A stretch of DNA of 64,000 bases from a bacterium (GCA_037130335.1 JBAXTD010000001.1:25683-89682), one strand, 5' to 3'. Counted from the stretch's first letter, positions 1 to 9,525 are shown. Notes: a model not told the origin generated them from the letters alone. Numbers and translations: made by a program.

Positions 1-2025
1 GCCGTCATGGACTGGATGGAACAAGAACGCGAACGCGGTATTACAATTACTGCTGCTGCGACAACTTGTTTTTGGACACCGACATATGTTGTTGACAAAG
101 TCGACAAATCTAAAAAAACTCGTTTCAACATTATCGACACTCCTGGACACATCGACTTTACGGTAGAAGTAAAGCGTTCACTTCGCGTGCTCGACGGTGC
201 TGTGGTTGTGTTTGATGGAGTTGCTGGAGTAGAACCTCAATCAGAAACAAACTGGCGCTATGCTGACGAAGCGAGTGTTCCACGTATTTGTTTCATCAAT
301 AAACTCGATCGTACAGGTGCATCATTTGAAAAATCTTTTGCGTCAATTCTCGATCGTTTGAACAAAAACGCAGTTCGTATGCAAATTCCAATCGGTCTCG
401 AAGAAAATCACGATGGAATGATTGATTTGCTTACTATGGAAGCAATCTCATTTTCTGGAGACAAGGGAATCATCGTTACACGAGGACCAATTCCAGAAGA
501 ATACAAAGCTGAAGCAGAAAAATTCCACGCAGAACTTATCGAAAAAATCGTAGAAAACGACGAAGCTCTCATGACTGCATATCTCGATGGAAAAGTTCCA
601 GATATTGCAACTTTGAAAAAAGTTCTCCGTAAAGCTGTTATCGAAAACCTCATCTTCCCAGTATTTTGTGGAAGTGCTTTGAAAAACAGAGGAGTTCAAT
701 TAGTTCTCGATGCTGTCGTGGATTATCTCCCAAGTCCTCTCGATATCAAACCTGTTAGTGGAATAAATCCTGACAACGATGAAATCGTTACTCGTGGTCC
801 ATCAGATTCAGAACCTTTCTCAGCACTCGCTTTCAAAGTTGCATCTGATCCATTCGTAGGACAACTTATTTTCATCCGCGTATATTCAGGAACACTTTCT
901 GCTGGATCATATGTATATAATCCACGTACTCGCAACAAAGAACGCATTGGACGTATTGTGCGTATGCATGCCAACGACCGTGAAGAAGTGAAAAAAGTTT
1001 TTGCTGGAGAAATTGCCGCAGTTGTAGGACTCAAAGATACAATTACATCAGATACTCTTTGTGATGAAGAAAATCCAATCGCACTCGACAAGATTGTTTT
1101 CCCAGAGCCAGTTATCTCAATGCGTATTGAACCAAAGACAAAAGCTGACCAAGAAAAAATGGGTATGGCACTTAGTCGTCTTTCACAAGAAGACCCAACA
1201 TTCCGCGTTACAACTGACCAAGAAACAGGAGAAACAATTATCGGAGGAATGGGAGAACTTCACCTTGAAATCATGGTTGATCGTATGAAGCGAGAATTTA
1301 CTGTTGATGCAAACGTAGGTAAACCACAAGTTGCATACCGCGAAACAATCACTACTCCATCAGAAGCTGAAGGTAAATACATCAAGCAAACTGGAGGTCG
1401 TGGAAACTATGGTCACGTTCGTATCAAAATGTCTCCACTCAAACATTTGACTGCAGAAGAAATTGAAGACCTTCCAAAAAATACTAAACACGAAGATCAC
1501 TTTGAATTTGTTAACACAATTAAAGGAGGTGCAATTCCACTTGAATACATCCCTGCCTGTGAAAAAGGTTTCCGTGAAGGATTGGAAAGAGGGGTTGTTG
1601 CAGGATTTAAACTCGTTGATGTGTCAGTTGAATTGTGGGATGGATCATTCCACGATGTGGACTCAAACGAAATGGCCTTCAAAATTGCTGCTTCAATGGC
1701 TGTACAAGATGCCGCAAAACGCGCAACACCAGTTATCCTCGAACCTATGATGAAAGTTGAAGTTGTAACTCCAGATAAATTCATGGGAGACGTTGCGGGA
1801 TCACTTTCAAGTAAGCGTGGAATTATCGAAGGAATGGAACAACGTGGTCTCAATCAAGCTGTCAAAGCTGTGGTTCCACTTTCTGAAATGTTTGGATACA
1901 TGACATCACTTCGTTCAATGACCGAAGGACGTGCAGGATTTACAATGGAATTCCTACGTTACGACATTGTTCCTCGAAACGTTGCTGACGAAATCGTCAA
2001 AGCTCGTGCAGGTGCTACTGCGTAA
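1..2025 (+). CDS. fusA: Elongation factor G, 5'-truncated by the window edge
   Basis: MDWMEQERERGITI, DTPGHIDF, NKLD and GMGELHLE motifs; the P-loop lies upstream of the window. Confidence 0.99.
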   Translation, partial: AVMDWMEQERERGITITAAATTCFWTPTYVVDKVDKSKKTRFNIIDTPGHIDFTVEVKRSLRVLDGAVVVFDGVAGVEPQSETNWRYADEASVPRICFINKLDRTGASFEKSFASILDRLNKNAVRMQIPIGLEENHDGMIDLLTMEAISFSGDKGIIVTRGPIPEEYKAEAEKFHAELIEKIVENDEALMTAYLDGKVPDIATLKKVLRKAVIENLIFPVFCGSALKNRGVQLVLDAVVDYLPSPLDIKPVSGINPDNDEIVTRGPSDSEPFSALAFKVASDPFVGQLIFIRVYSGTLSAGSYVYNPRTRNKERIGRIVRMHANDREEVKKVFAGEIAAVVGLKDTITSDTLCDEENPIALDKIVFPEPVISMRIEPKTKADQEKMGMALSRLSQEDPTFRVTTDQETGETIIGGMGELHLEIMVDRMKREFTVDANVGKPQVAYRETITTPSEAEGKYIKQTGGRGNYGHVRIKMSPLKHLTAEEIEDLPKNTKHEDHFEFVNTIKGGAIPLEYIPACEKGFREGLERGVVAGFKLVDVSVELWDGSFHDVDSNEMAFKIAASMAVQDAAKRATPVILEPMMKVEVVTPDKFMGDVAGSLSSKRGIIEGMEQRGLNQAVKAVVPLSEMFGYMTSLRSMTEGRAGFTMEFLRYDIVPRNVADEIVKARAGATA

Positions 2026-2049
2026 GAGGGAATACTAAAAAAGTCTCAA

Positions 2050-2083
2050 AAGGGCGGCCAAAACTAACGTTTTGGCCGCCCTT
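2050..2083 (+). terminator. 15-bp hairpin after fusA, overlapping the -35 of the next promoter
   Basis: aagggcggccaaaac-taac-gttttggccgccctt; TTGACT at 2082, TATAAT at 2106; poor U-tract on + strand. Confidence 0.65.
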
Positions 2084-2147
2084 GACTTTATATGTTCATA
2101 TGTGATATAATACAAACGAATATTTGAAAACAAAAAACCACGCTTTT

Positions 2148-2654
2148 ATGAAAAAGATTAATTTCTTATTTTTTCCGATTGTAGCCCTTTTTTTGGTTCT
2201 CGGGTTTGGTTGCAACAATAAAACAGCAACTCAAATTGTATTAATGAATGATACTGTATCTGTCGATACTGGGAATTTTGCCAGTATCGTTGATTACGTT
2301 AAATCAGAAGGAGAGGACGCTTCAACATCGTTTCTACTTTCTTATATTCTAAGAAAGGGGGAAATGAAATGTGACACAAATTTTGAAAACATTGAATTTT
2401 CTGGTGAATATATTATCCATGCGGATAAATTCATCAAGAATGACTCTGTGTTTCATGTGACTGTTACTGTTGGTGATTTTGATTCACTGACAAATAACAT
2501 GAAAAAAATGCATTATTCTTACTACATTCAAGATAATAATATTGTTTTAGCTTCCTTTGATTCAACTCAGGGAGAAAAAAAGCATTTTATCTCTGAAATG
2601 GAAAAACACTATGAAACTCTTTTAACTGAGTATGTAAATGAAGACAATAATTAA
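2148..2654 (+). CDS. Hypothetical protein with lipoprotein-like signal peptide
   Basis: MKKINFLFFPIVALFLVLGFGC: basic start, hydrophobic core, then Cys; ATG 2148 preferred to TTG 2124. Confidence 0.7.
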   Translation: MKKINFLFFPIVALFLVLGFGCNNKTATQIVLMNDTVSVDTGNFASIVDYVKSEGEDASTSFLLSYILRKGEMKCDTNFENIEFSGEYIIHADKFIKNDSVFHVTVTVGDFDSLTNNMKKMHYSYYIQDNNIVLASFDSTQGEKKHFISEMEKHYETLLTEYVNEDNN

Positions 2655-2686
2655 TTTTTTTTAAAAAAAACGTAAAAACAGGAATT

Positions 2687-2905
2687 ATGAAAAAAACAGT
2701 TTTATCCGTAGTTGTTTTATTGACACTCGGAATTGCTATCACTAGCTGTGGTAGCAACAATGAAAAAAATAATCGTATACCGCCGACCCCTACATTTAGT
2801 GGAAATGCGGATACTGTAAATATCAGTCAGAATACTGATGTAAATGTAAGTAATCACACCGATGGCTTTAATAAAGCCCACGGTGTAATTACAAAAAGCA
2901 AATAA
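2687..2905 (+). CDS. Small hypothetical lipoprotein-like protein
   Basis: MKKTVLSVVVLLTLGIAITSC lipobox-like signal; followed by a terminator. Confidence 0.65.
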   Translation: MKKTVLSVVVLLTLGIAITSCGSNNEKNNRIPPTPTFSGNADTVNISQNTDVNVSNHTDGFNKAHGVITKSK

Positions 2906-2923
2906 TCAGGCCCCTATAAACCC

Positions 2924-2962
2924 AACAGCTCCCAAATACTATGTATTTGCGGAGCTGTTTTT
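2924..2962 (+). terminator. Rho-independent terminator
   Basis: aacagctcc...ggagctgtt followed by a T-run. Confidence 0.7.
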
Positions 2963-2964
2963 AT

Positions 2965-2993
2965 TTGACACGAGTTGTGTACATATATATACT
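2965..2993 (+). promoter_or_regulatory. Sigma70-type promoter of hicBA, leaderless geometry
   Basis: TTGACA (2965) -17 nt- TATACT (2988); ATG lies 6 nt downstream. Confidence 0.75.
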
Positions 2994-2999
2994 TTTTGT

Positions 3000-3218
3000 A
3001 TGGCAGTCATGAATCTCAAGAATATTATATGGAAAGAGGGAACATACTACGTTGCACAATGTCTCAATGTGGAGGTTTCTTCATTTGGTAAAACCAAAAA
3101 AGAAGCACTTGCGAATCTTTCCGAAGCTATAGAACTATATTTCGAGGATATGAATATTTCTAAGGTTTCAAAAGTTGAACGACCGGAAATTGTTACTGGG
3201 CAATTTCGTTATGTCTAA
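3000..3218 (+). CDS. hicB: HicB-family antitoxin, short form without a DNA-binding domain
   Basis: YYVAQC...VSSFGKTKKEALANLSEAIELY pattern; overlaps the next gene. Confidence 0.85.
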   Translation: MAVMNLKNIIWKEGTYYVAQCLNVEVSSFGKTKKEALANLSEAIELYFEDMNISKVSKVERPEIVTGQFRYV

Positions 3219-3423
3219 ATTTTTTTCTTCAAAACATATACTGACCGTTCTCGAGAGAAACGGTTTTTATTTTGTCTCGCAAAAGGGAAGTCATGTTAAA
3301 TACCGTAAAAATGGAAATCTAATATTTACAGTTATTATTCCTGCAGATCGAAAAGAAATTCCACATGGAACATTCCGTTCAATTTTGCGTCAATCAGGGC
3401 TTTCAGAAAAAGATTTTAAATAA
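3211..3423 (+). CDS. hicA: HicA-family toxin (mRNA interferase)
   Basis: LERNGF..VSQKGSH..IP...EIPHGTFRSILRQSGL; ATG 3211. Confidence 0.9.
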   Translation: MSKFFSSKHILTVLERNGFYFVSQKGSHVKYRKNGNLIFTVIIPADRKEIPHGTFRSILRQSGLSEKDFK

Positions 3424-3466
3424 TTGTGTTTTTTATAGTTCTGTTGCGAAATCTATCAATTTATAA

Positions 3467-3580
3467 TTGACTTTGTGATGCAATATGCTATATTTAAACC
3501 GATAGCTCTCCCAGGCTATTTTTTCGTGCCTGCTGGAGAGAAATCATGATTAGTGGCCGTGGCAGAGGAGCTGTTTTGTA
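3467..3580 (+). promoter_or_regulatory. Promoter and structured 5' leader of the tuf-S10 transcript
   Basis: TTGACT 3467, TGcTATATT 3486-3494; helices ctctcc/ggagag and caggc/gcctg. Confidence 0.55.
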
Positions 3581-3674
3581 TCCTTTGCTAGAGTCATTAA
3601 TCACATTAATAAAAGTGCATAATTTTAATATAAGTTGATGTTTTGATATATCAAAACTATATACTAAAAAATAT

Positions 3675-4877
3675 ATGGCAACAGAAGAATTTAAAAGAGA
3701 CAAGCCTCACGTTAACGTAGGTACTATCGGTCACGTTGACCACGGTAAAACTACTCTTACTGCAGCGATCCTTACTATCCTTGGTCGTCAAGGAAATGGA
3801 TACAGTGCAAAATTGAAGGGTGTTGGAGATATCGATAATGCTCCTGAAGAAAAAGCTCGTGGAATCACGATCGCTCTCTCTCACAACGAGTACGAAACTC
3901 CTACTCGTCACTATGCTCACATTGATGCTCCAGGACACGCTGACTACATCAAAAACATGATCACAGGTGCTGCGCAAATGGACGGTGCTATTATCGTTGT
4001 TGCTGCAACTGACGGTGTTATGCCACAAACACGTGAACACATCCTTCTTGCAAAACAAGTTGGTGTGCCAAAAATCATCGTATTCCTCAACAAGTGTGAC
4101 ATGGTTGATGATCCAGATCTTATTGAAATGGTTGAAGAAGAAGTTCGCGACCTCCTTACAAAACAAGGTTTTGATGGAGCAGGATGTCCAGTTATCCGCG
4201 GTTCAGGTCTCAAAGCTCTCGAATCAGCAGACAACAATGACGAATGGGCAAAGAAAGTTCTCGATCTTGCAAATGCACTTGATACATACATTCCAGTTCC
4301 AGAACGTGACCTTGCAAAACCATTCCTTATGCCAGTAGAAGATATCTTCTCTATCGAAGGACGTGGAACTGTTGTTACAGGACGTATCGAACGTGGAGTT
4401 GTTAAAGTTGGTGAAGAAGTTGAAATTGTTGGTATCAAAGATACATCAAAGACAACTGTTACTGGTATCGAAATGTTCAACAAGTCTCTCAAAGAAGGTA
4501 TGGCTGGAGACAACGCAGGACTTCTCCTCCGTGGTGTATCAAAAGATTCAATCACTCGTGGACAAGTTCTTTCAAAAGTTGGTTCAGTTACTCCTCACGC
4601 AGAATTCGAATGTGAAATCTACGTTTTGAAGAAAGAAGAAGGTGGACGTCACACTCCATTCTTTGCTGGATACAAGCCACAATTCTACATCCGTACTACA
4701 GACGTTACAGGTGATGTAACTTTGCCAGAAGGAAAAGAAATGGTTATGCCAGGAGATACAGTTTCACTTAAGGTTAAACTTGTTACACCAGTCGCCCTCG
4801 AAGCTCAACAACGCTTTGCTATCCGTGAAGGAGGAAAGACTGTTGGTGCCGGAGTTGTTACTAAAATCATTGCGTAA
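3675..4877 (+). CDS. tuf: Elongation factor Tu
   Basis: [21 protein letters not shown] and C-terminal [10 protein letters not shown]. Confidence 0.99.
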   Translation: MATEEFKRDKPHVNVGTIGHVDHGKTTLTAAILTILGRQGNGYSAKLKGVGDIDNAPEEKARGITIALSHNEYETPTRHYAHIDAPGHADYIKNMITGAAQMDGAIIVVAATDGVMPQTREHILLAKQVGVPKIIVFLNKCDMVDDPDLIEMVEEEVRDLLTKQGFDGAGCPVIRGSGLKALESADNNDEWAKKVLDLANALDTYIPVPERDLAKPFLMPVEDIFSIEGRGTVVTGRIERGVVKVGEEVEIVGIKDTSKTTVTGIEMFNKSLKEGMAGDNAGLLLRGVSKDSITRGQVLSKVGSVTPHAEFECEIYVLKKEEGGRHTPFFAGYKPQFYIRTTDVTGDVTLPEGKEMVMPGDTVSLKVKLVTPVALEAQQRFAIREGGKTVGAGVVTKIIA

Positions 4878-4908
4878 GCAGTGTTGGTGAAATAAAAAGA
4901 GAAAACGT

Positions 4909-4944
4909 GTTGCGAATTTTTTCCTTTCGGAAAAAATTCGCAAC
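4909..4944. repeat. Perfect 16-bp inverted repeat between tuf and rpsJ
   Basis: gttgcgaattttttcc-tttc-ggaaaaaattcgcaac; no trailing U-tract. Confidence 0.8.
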
Positions 4945-4961
4945 GCCAATCTCAAAATTAT

Positions 4962-5336
4962 ATGACAGAAGAAATAAAAACAAAAAAACCTCGAGTTTCA
5001 AAAGCGAAAGCAACTGCTGAGAAAACAGGGGAGGTGCGTCTGCGAATTCGCGTTCGAGCATACGAGAACAAAATTCTCGATAACTCGGTAAAGCAAATCA
5101 TGGACACAGCACTTCGCCATGATGCTATCATTGCAGGACCTACTCCGCTTCCAACAGAAATCAAAAAATACACAGTCAATCGTTCTCCGTTTATTTACAA
5201 AAATACTCGAGAACAATTTGAAATTCGTGTTCACAAACGCGTGATTGATATCCTAAACCCAGGTGCAAAAACAATCGAAGCTCTTACGAATCTTTCTCTC
5301 CCTTCAGGCGTAGAAATCGACGTTAAGATGATGTAA
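4962..5336 (+). CDS. rpsJ: 30S ribosomal protein S10
   Basis: RIRVRAY, GPTPLPT, REQFEIRVHKR; basic N-terminal extension. Confidence 0.98.
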   Translation: MTEEIKTKKPRVSKAKATAEKTGEVRLRIRVRAYENKILDNSVKQIMDTALRHDAIIAGPTPLPTEIKKYTVNRSPFIYKNTREQFEIRVHKRVIDILNPGAKTIEALTNLSLPSGVEIDVKMM

Positions 5337-5402
5337 AGAAAAGCAGTTCAGAAAGATTATTAGTTCATGAACGTTTCATTTAGAAACGGTCCACTGAAAA
5401 TT

Positions 5403-6023
5403 ATGAAATACATATTAGGTACAAAACAAAACATGACCCAATATTTTGCCGAAGACGGCAAAATGTATGCGGCAACCATCGTTTCTGCAGGACCAGTTGT
5501 GGTAACACAAATCAAAACTGCTGACAAAGATGGATACAGTGCAGTGCAAGTAGGATACGGAACACGTAAAGAAAAAAACATCACAAAAGCCCTCAAGGGA
5601 CATTTTGCAGGTAAGGGAAACTTTACTACAACTCGAGAATTTCGAATTGATGATGCAGGACTTATTACATCAACTGTAGGTGATTCAATTACCGCAACTG
5701 ATTTTGCTCCTGGAGAAATCGTTACTGTTTCTGGTATCTCAAAAGCAAAAGGTTTTCAAGGTGTTATCAAACGTCACAACTTTAAAGGAGGTCCACGTAG
5801 TCACGGTCAGAAACACTCTGAACGTGCACCAGGATCAATCGGAGGAGGTCTTCGTAATCGCGTTCCAAAAGGAATGAGAATGGGAGGACGTACAGGTGGC
5901 GAAAGAATCACAGTTTCTAATTTAAAAATCCTTGCCATTGATGGAGTTTCAAACACTCTTCTTGTTGAAGGCGCAGTACCAGGTCGTCGCGGTACCATAC
6001 TTGAGATTGTTTCAAAGAAGTAA
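5403..6023 (+). CDS. rplC: 50S ribosomal protein L3
   Basis: GTKQNMTQ, KGFQGVIKRH, RAPGSIG. Confidence 0.98.
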   Translation: MKYILGTKQNMTQYFAEDGKMYAATIVSAGPVVVTQIKTADKDGYSAVQVGYGTRKEKNITKALKGHFAGKGNFTTTREFRIDDAGLITSTVGDSITATDFAPGEIVTVSGISKAKGFQGVIKRHNFKGGPRSHGQKHSERAPGSIGGGLRNRVPKGMRMGGRTGGERITVSNLKILAIDGVSNTLLVEGAVPGRRGTILEIVSKK

Positions 6024-6026
6024 TAT

Positions 6027-6719
6027 ATGGCGATAAATAATTTAGACTGCAATATTTATAATTCAAAAGGAAAAAAAGAAGGTTCATTAAAACTTCCAGA
6101 AACTGTTTTCGGTCTCAAATGGAACGGTGATTTGGTTCACCAAGTTATGCATGCAATCCTCGCAAACACTCGCGCAGGAACAGCAGATACTAAAGGACGT
6201 GCTGAAGTACAAGGAGGAGGACGCAAACCATATAAACAAAAGGGAACAGGTCAGGCTCGTCAAGGTTCATCTCGCTCTCCAATTTGGAAAGGTGGAGGTG
6301 TAACACACGGACCACTTGCAGAAAAGAACTACAAACAAAAAGTTAACAAAAAAATGGCATCAAAATCTCTTGCAACAGTATTGTCTGCAAAACTTCGCGA
6401 TGGACAAATTCTTTTTGTTGATAGTTTGTCTCTCGGTAAAGAACCAAAGACAAGTGATGCAGCGCAGGTGGTTCAAGCATTTGCAAAAATCGAAGGATTC
6501 GAAAAGCTTGCAAACGCTCGCAAGCCAAAGGCAATGATTGTAATTCCAAGTGTCGACAAAGTTGTCACACAAAGTTTCCGCAACATTCCACAAACATCAC
6601 TTTCTCTTGCAAAAGATCTCAACACGCTTGATGTTTTGAATCATCAATATTTGATTGTGGTTTCTCCAGCTCCAAGTATCGAAGTATTAGAAAAGCGTTG
6701 CGTAGTCTCAAAGAAGTAA
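6027..6719 (+). CDS. rplD: 50S ribosomal protein L4
   Basis: GGGRKPYKQKGTGQARQGS. Confidence 0.98.
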   Translation: MAINNLDCNIYNSKGKKEGSLKLPETVFGLKWNGDLVHQVMHAILANTRAGTADTKGRAEVQGGGRKPYKQKGTGQARQGSSRSPIWKGGGVTHGPLAEKNYKQKVNKKMASKSLATVLSAKLRDGQILFVDSLSLGKEPKTSDAAQVVQAFAKIEGFEKLANARKPKAMIVIPSVDKVVTQSFRNIPQTSLSLAKDLNTLDVLNHQYLIVVSPAPSIEVLEKRCVVSKK

Positions 6720-6722
6720 TAT

Positions 6723-7001
6723 ATGAATACATCAATCATAAAAAATCCACGTATTACAGAAAAAGCAACAATGCTTATCGAAGACGCATGCTACACATTT
6801 GATGTGAAAAAAGGCGCGACAAAAAACGAAATCATCAAAGCAATCAAAGAATTATACAAAGTTACTCCTCGTGCAGTTCGCACAGTGGCTGTTACTTCAA
6901 AAAAAGTAACTTCTCGCAAGAGTAACAAAATTGGACATACAAGTGCCGGTCGAAAGGCATATGTCTATTTAAAGAAGGGCGATAAGATTGAAGTCCTCTA
7001 G
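6723..7001 (+). CDS. rplW: 50S ribosomal protein L23
   Basis: PRITEKA...KAYVYL; operon position. Confidence 0.97.
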   Translation: MNTSIIKNPRITEKATMLIEDACYTFDVKKGATKNEIIKAIKELYKVTPRAVRTVAVTSKKVTSRKSNKIGHTSAGRKAYVYLKKGDKIEVL

Positions 7002-7031
7002 TTTTTTTGAACTAGAAAATCTATTACGTAT

Positions 7032-7877
7032 ATGAAAAAATATTCACCAACATCACCATCACGTCGCAACATGACTACGATTCAATATCGTGGAGTTGTG
7101 ACTCATACCGAACCTCATAAAGCACTCACATCAGGCGGAAAGCGCGATGTAGGACGCAACAATTTGGGTCGTGTTACTGTTCGTCATAAAGGAGGCGGAA
7201 ACAAACGTTTGTATCGTGAAGTAGATTTCACATATGACAAAAAAAATATTCCAGCAAAAATTACTTCTGTTGAATATGATCCAAACCGCAGTTCTTTTAT
7301 TTCACTTGCAGTGTATGCCGATGGTGAAAAAAGATATGTGCTTACACCGAAATCTGTTCGTCCAGGTGCAACATTTACTGTTTCAGCTGAAGCATCACTT
7401 GTAACACCAAACCGTTTGCCACTTTCAAAGATTCCCGTTGGTACATTTGTATTCAACGTTGAACTTAAACCAAACGGTGGGGCAAAGCTTGTTCGTTCAG
7501 CAGGAAACTTCGCACAAGTTGTGGCGAATGACTCTGGATATACACTTATCAAACTTCCTTCATCAGAAGTTCGAAAAGTTTCAGAAAATTGCTGGGCAAC
7601 AATCGGAGAAGTTTCAAAAGAAGAACATCACCTTGTAAACTTTGGAAAGGCTGGAAAGAGCCGCTGGATGGGTATTCGCCCAACAGTGCGTGGTACTGCC
7701 ATGAACCCAGTTGACCACCCATACGGTGGAGGTGAAGGCCGTCAGGGACGTGGTACAAAGCGACCAAAGACAATGTGGGGTAAAGTTACTGGAGGACGCA
7801 AAACTCGTACTCCAAAGAAGTATTCAAACCATCTCATCGTCTCTCGCCGTATCGTCGGAAAGAAACGAAAAGGATAA
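7032..7877 (+). CDS. rplB: 50S ribosomal protein L2
   Basis: EYDPNRS, RGTAMNPVDHPYGGGEG. Confidence 0.99.
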   Translation: MKKYSPTSPSRRNMTTIQYRGVVTHTEPHKALTSGGKRDVGRNNLGRVTVRHKGGGNKRLYREVDFTYDKKNIPAKITSVEYDPNRSSFISLAVYADGEKRYVLTPKSVRPGATFTVSAEASLVTPNRLPLSKIPVGTFVFNVELKPNGGAKLVRSAGNFAQVVANDSGYTLIKLPSSEVRKVSENCWATIGEVSKEEHHLVNFGKAGKSRWMGIRPTVRGTAMNPVDHPYGGGEGRQGRGTKRPKTMWGKVTGGRKTRTPKKYSNHLIVSRRIVGKKRKG

Positions 7878-7887
7878 TTGTTATACA

Positions 7888-7933
7888 AAATACAAAAGCC
7901 TCGCGACCTATCGGTCGCGAGGCTTTTGTATTT
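7888..7933 (+). terminator. 21-bp perfect hairpin after rplB, likely bidirectional terminator
   Basis: aaatacaaaagcctcgcgacc-tatc-ggtcgcgaggcttttgtattt; abuts TTGACA at 7932. Confidence 0.85.
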
Positions 7934-7985
7934 GACAAAAAATTTCTTTTGATGTAATTTGAATTCGAACCATTAAAATTTATAT

Positions 7986-8321
7986 ATGTTACAAAAAGCG
8001 ATGCCAAATGCAGGTTTTGCTCAGTACCTCAGAGAAGGTACTGAGTGGAGTTTTTCCACAAAAAAAGTAAATTTTCAAGAAATATTTTGGTGGAAAAAAG
8101 ATGAACTCATTGTTAACAAAGATTGCTTTTCAAAAAACAATCTCACTAGAATCGCCGAGACGATCACAGATCGTTGCGGGCATTATATTTCTGAAGAAGA
8201 AATAAAAAAACCTGTAGATACTTTATTTTCTATAAACCCAACAATCAGTAGTGTGAAAATATTTTTACTTTTTCCGCGAAATAATTATGGCAGTTTTGCC
8301 ATTGAATTATTTGGAAACTAA
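7986..8321 (+). CDS. Hypothetical protein
   Basis: AT-rich 111-aa ORF with its own promoter-like signal and terminator; no recognised motif. Confidence 0.6.
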   Translation: MLQKAMPNAGFAQYLREGTEWSFSTKKVNFQEIFWWKKDELIVNKDCFSKNNLTRIAETITDRCGHYISEEEIKKPVDTLFSINPTISSVKIFLLFPRNNYGSFAIELFGN

Positions 8322-8340
8322 ATTTCGTTTTAAATTACAT

Positions 8341-8374
8341 ACCCCCTTAAGTCTTTTGACTTAAGGGGGTTTTA
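8341..8374 (+). terminator. Rho-independent terminator
   Basis: acccccttaagtc-tttt-gacttaagggggt plus T-run. Confidence 0.8.
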
Positions 8375-8397
8375 TTTTTGTGATATACTTTTTGCAT

Positions 8398-8790
8398 ATG
8401 GAAACGAAGGAAAAAAAAGCATTTAGTCTCATTGCTCGAATTGGCAGTTTTAGACATGCATTTCGGGGGATATATGTGTTTGTAAAAAATACACACAATG
8501 CGTGGGTGGAAATTTTTTTTAATATTATTTTTATTCTTCTTGGTTTTTATTTTTCAATTACAAAAGGGGAATGGCTTGCGCTTATTATCGCAATTTTTGT
8601 TCTCATCATGGCTGAAGCATTCAATACGGCTATGGAAGTCCATATGGACCTCACAAGTCCAGGACAGCATCCATACGCACGTGATACCAAAGATATTGCT
8701 GCTGGAGCAGTGCTCATTTCAGTATTTCTTGTAATCATTACTGTGCTTATAATCTTTGCACCATACGTTGGTTCATTTTTGGCAAAATAA
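8398..8790 (+). CDS. dgkA: Diacylglycerol/undecaprenol kinase family (DgkA)
   Basis: SFRHAFRGI, EAFNTAME, KDIAAGAVL; three hydrophobic segments. Confidence 0.92.
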   Translation: METKEKKAFSLIARIGSFRHAFRGIYVFVKNTHNAWVEIFFNIIFILLGFYFSITKGEWLALIIAIFVLIMAEAFNTAMEVHMDLTSPGQHPYARDTKDIAAGAVLISVFLVIITVLIIFAPYVGSFLAK

Positions 8791-8833
8791 AAACCCGCAA
8801 CTGGTGCGGGTTTGGAGTATCAATAAAAATTTT

Positions 8834-9310
8834 TTAACCCGTTAGTAGTTCAAACGAGTGTAATGCTTGCTCAGCCTGAGCGAGCGTTACCAAAACAAGT
8901 TGGTGGGGTTCTTTTTTGATTACAAAATCCTGGTAATGATCAAAAAAGAATTTATTCTTAATATTCTCAATTTCTTGCAAAACAACGGTTTCAAAAATGT
9001 CTGCTTCTAATGATTCATCTTTGTAATTGAAAATTATTTTTGCAAATACATGAATCGGTTCCTGGAAAAATATTTTTTCAGGATGGAAAACATCCTTCCA
9101 CCAGGTATAGTTTTTCATTAAAAAATTTTTTGAACACACATAAAATGTTTGTGTGTCGAAAATTTCCGAGGGAATAACATACAATTCAGTTTGTGGCATA
9201 TATATTGGTTGTTTTTCAACAATCAAACCATATGTTTTACTAAATGTATCATTGAGTATTTCTTCGAGATTATTTATTTTGTTTTTCATAAGAACAGTTT
9301 TTTGATTCAT
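8834..9310 (-). CDS. Hypothetical protein
   Basis: AT-rich 158-aa ORF convergent with dgkA at a shared hairpin (8791-8813). Confidence 0.6.
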   Translation of the reverse strand: MNQKTVLMKNKINNLEEILNDTFSKTYGLIVEKQPIYMPQTELYVIPSEIFDTQTFYVCSKNFLMKNYTWWKDVFHPEKIFFQEPIHVFAKIIFNYKDESLEADIFETVVLQEIENIKNKFFFDHYQDFVIKKEPHQLVLVTLAQAEQALHSFELLTG

Positions 9311-9357
9311 TGATAACGTACCACATTTTTTAAAGGCAAGTCAATTTATCATAATTG

Positions 9358-9386
9358 TTGACAACTTTTTTGCGTGGGTGTACTCT
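9358..9386 (+). promoter_or_regulatory. Sigma70-type promoter
   Basis: TTGACA (9358) -17 nt- TACTCT (9381). Confidence 0.75.
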
Positions 9387-9392
9387 AAACAT

Positions 9393-9467
9393 ATGTTCGC
9401 ACAAAACAACAACATGGTCGTCGTCAGTATTATTCCATCCATCGGAGGGACTACTTTTGTTGTATAA
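9393..9467 (+). CDS. Putative Val/Ile-rich attenuator leader peptide, MFAQNNNMVVVSIIPSIGGTTFVV (24 aa)
   Basis: Translated by hand; tandem gtc-gtc-gtc and att-att codons; lies between a promoter and a terminator. Confidence 0.75.
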   Translation: MFAQNNNMVVVSIIPSIGGTTFVV

Positions 9468-9525
9468 AGAATTTCAAAAATAACTCAACAAAAAGAAAGC
9501 CCTCAGCAATGAGGGCTTTCTTTTT
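9445..9525 (+). promoter_or_regulatory. Antiterminator/terminator pair of a transcription attenuator
   Basis: Terminator aaaaagaaagccctca-gcaa-tgagggctttcttttt (9490-9525); 9445-9462 can pair with 9486-9504 (gaggg/ccctc, ttttgttg/caacaaaa). Confidence 0.75.
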
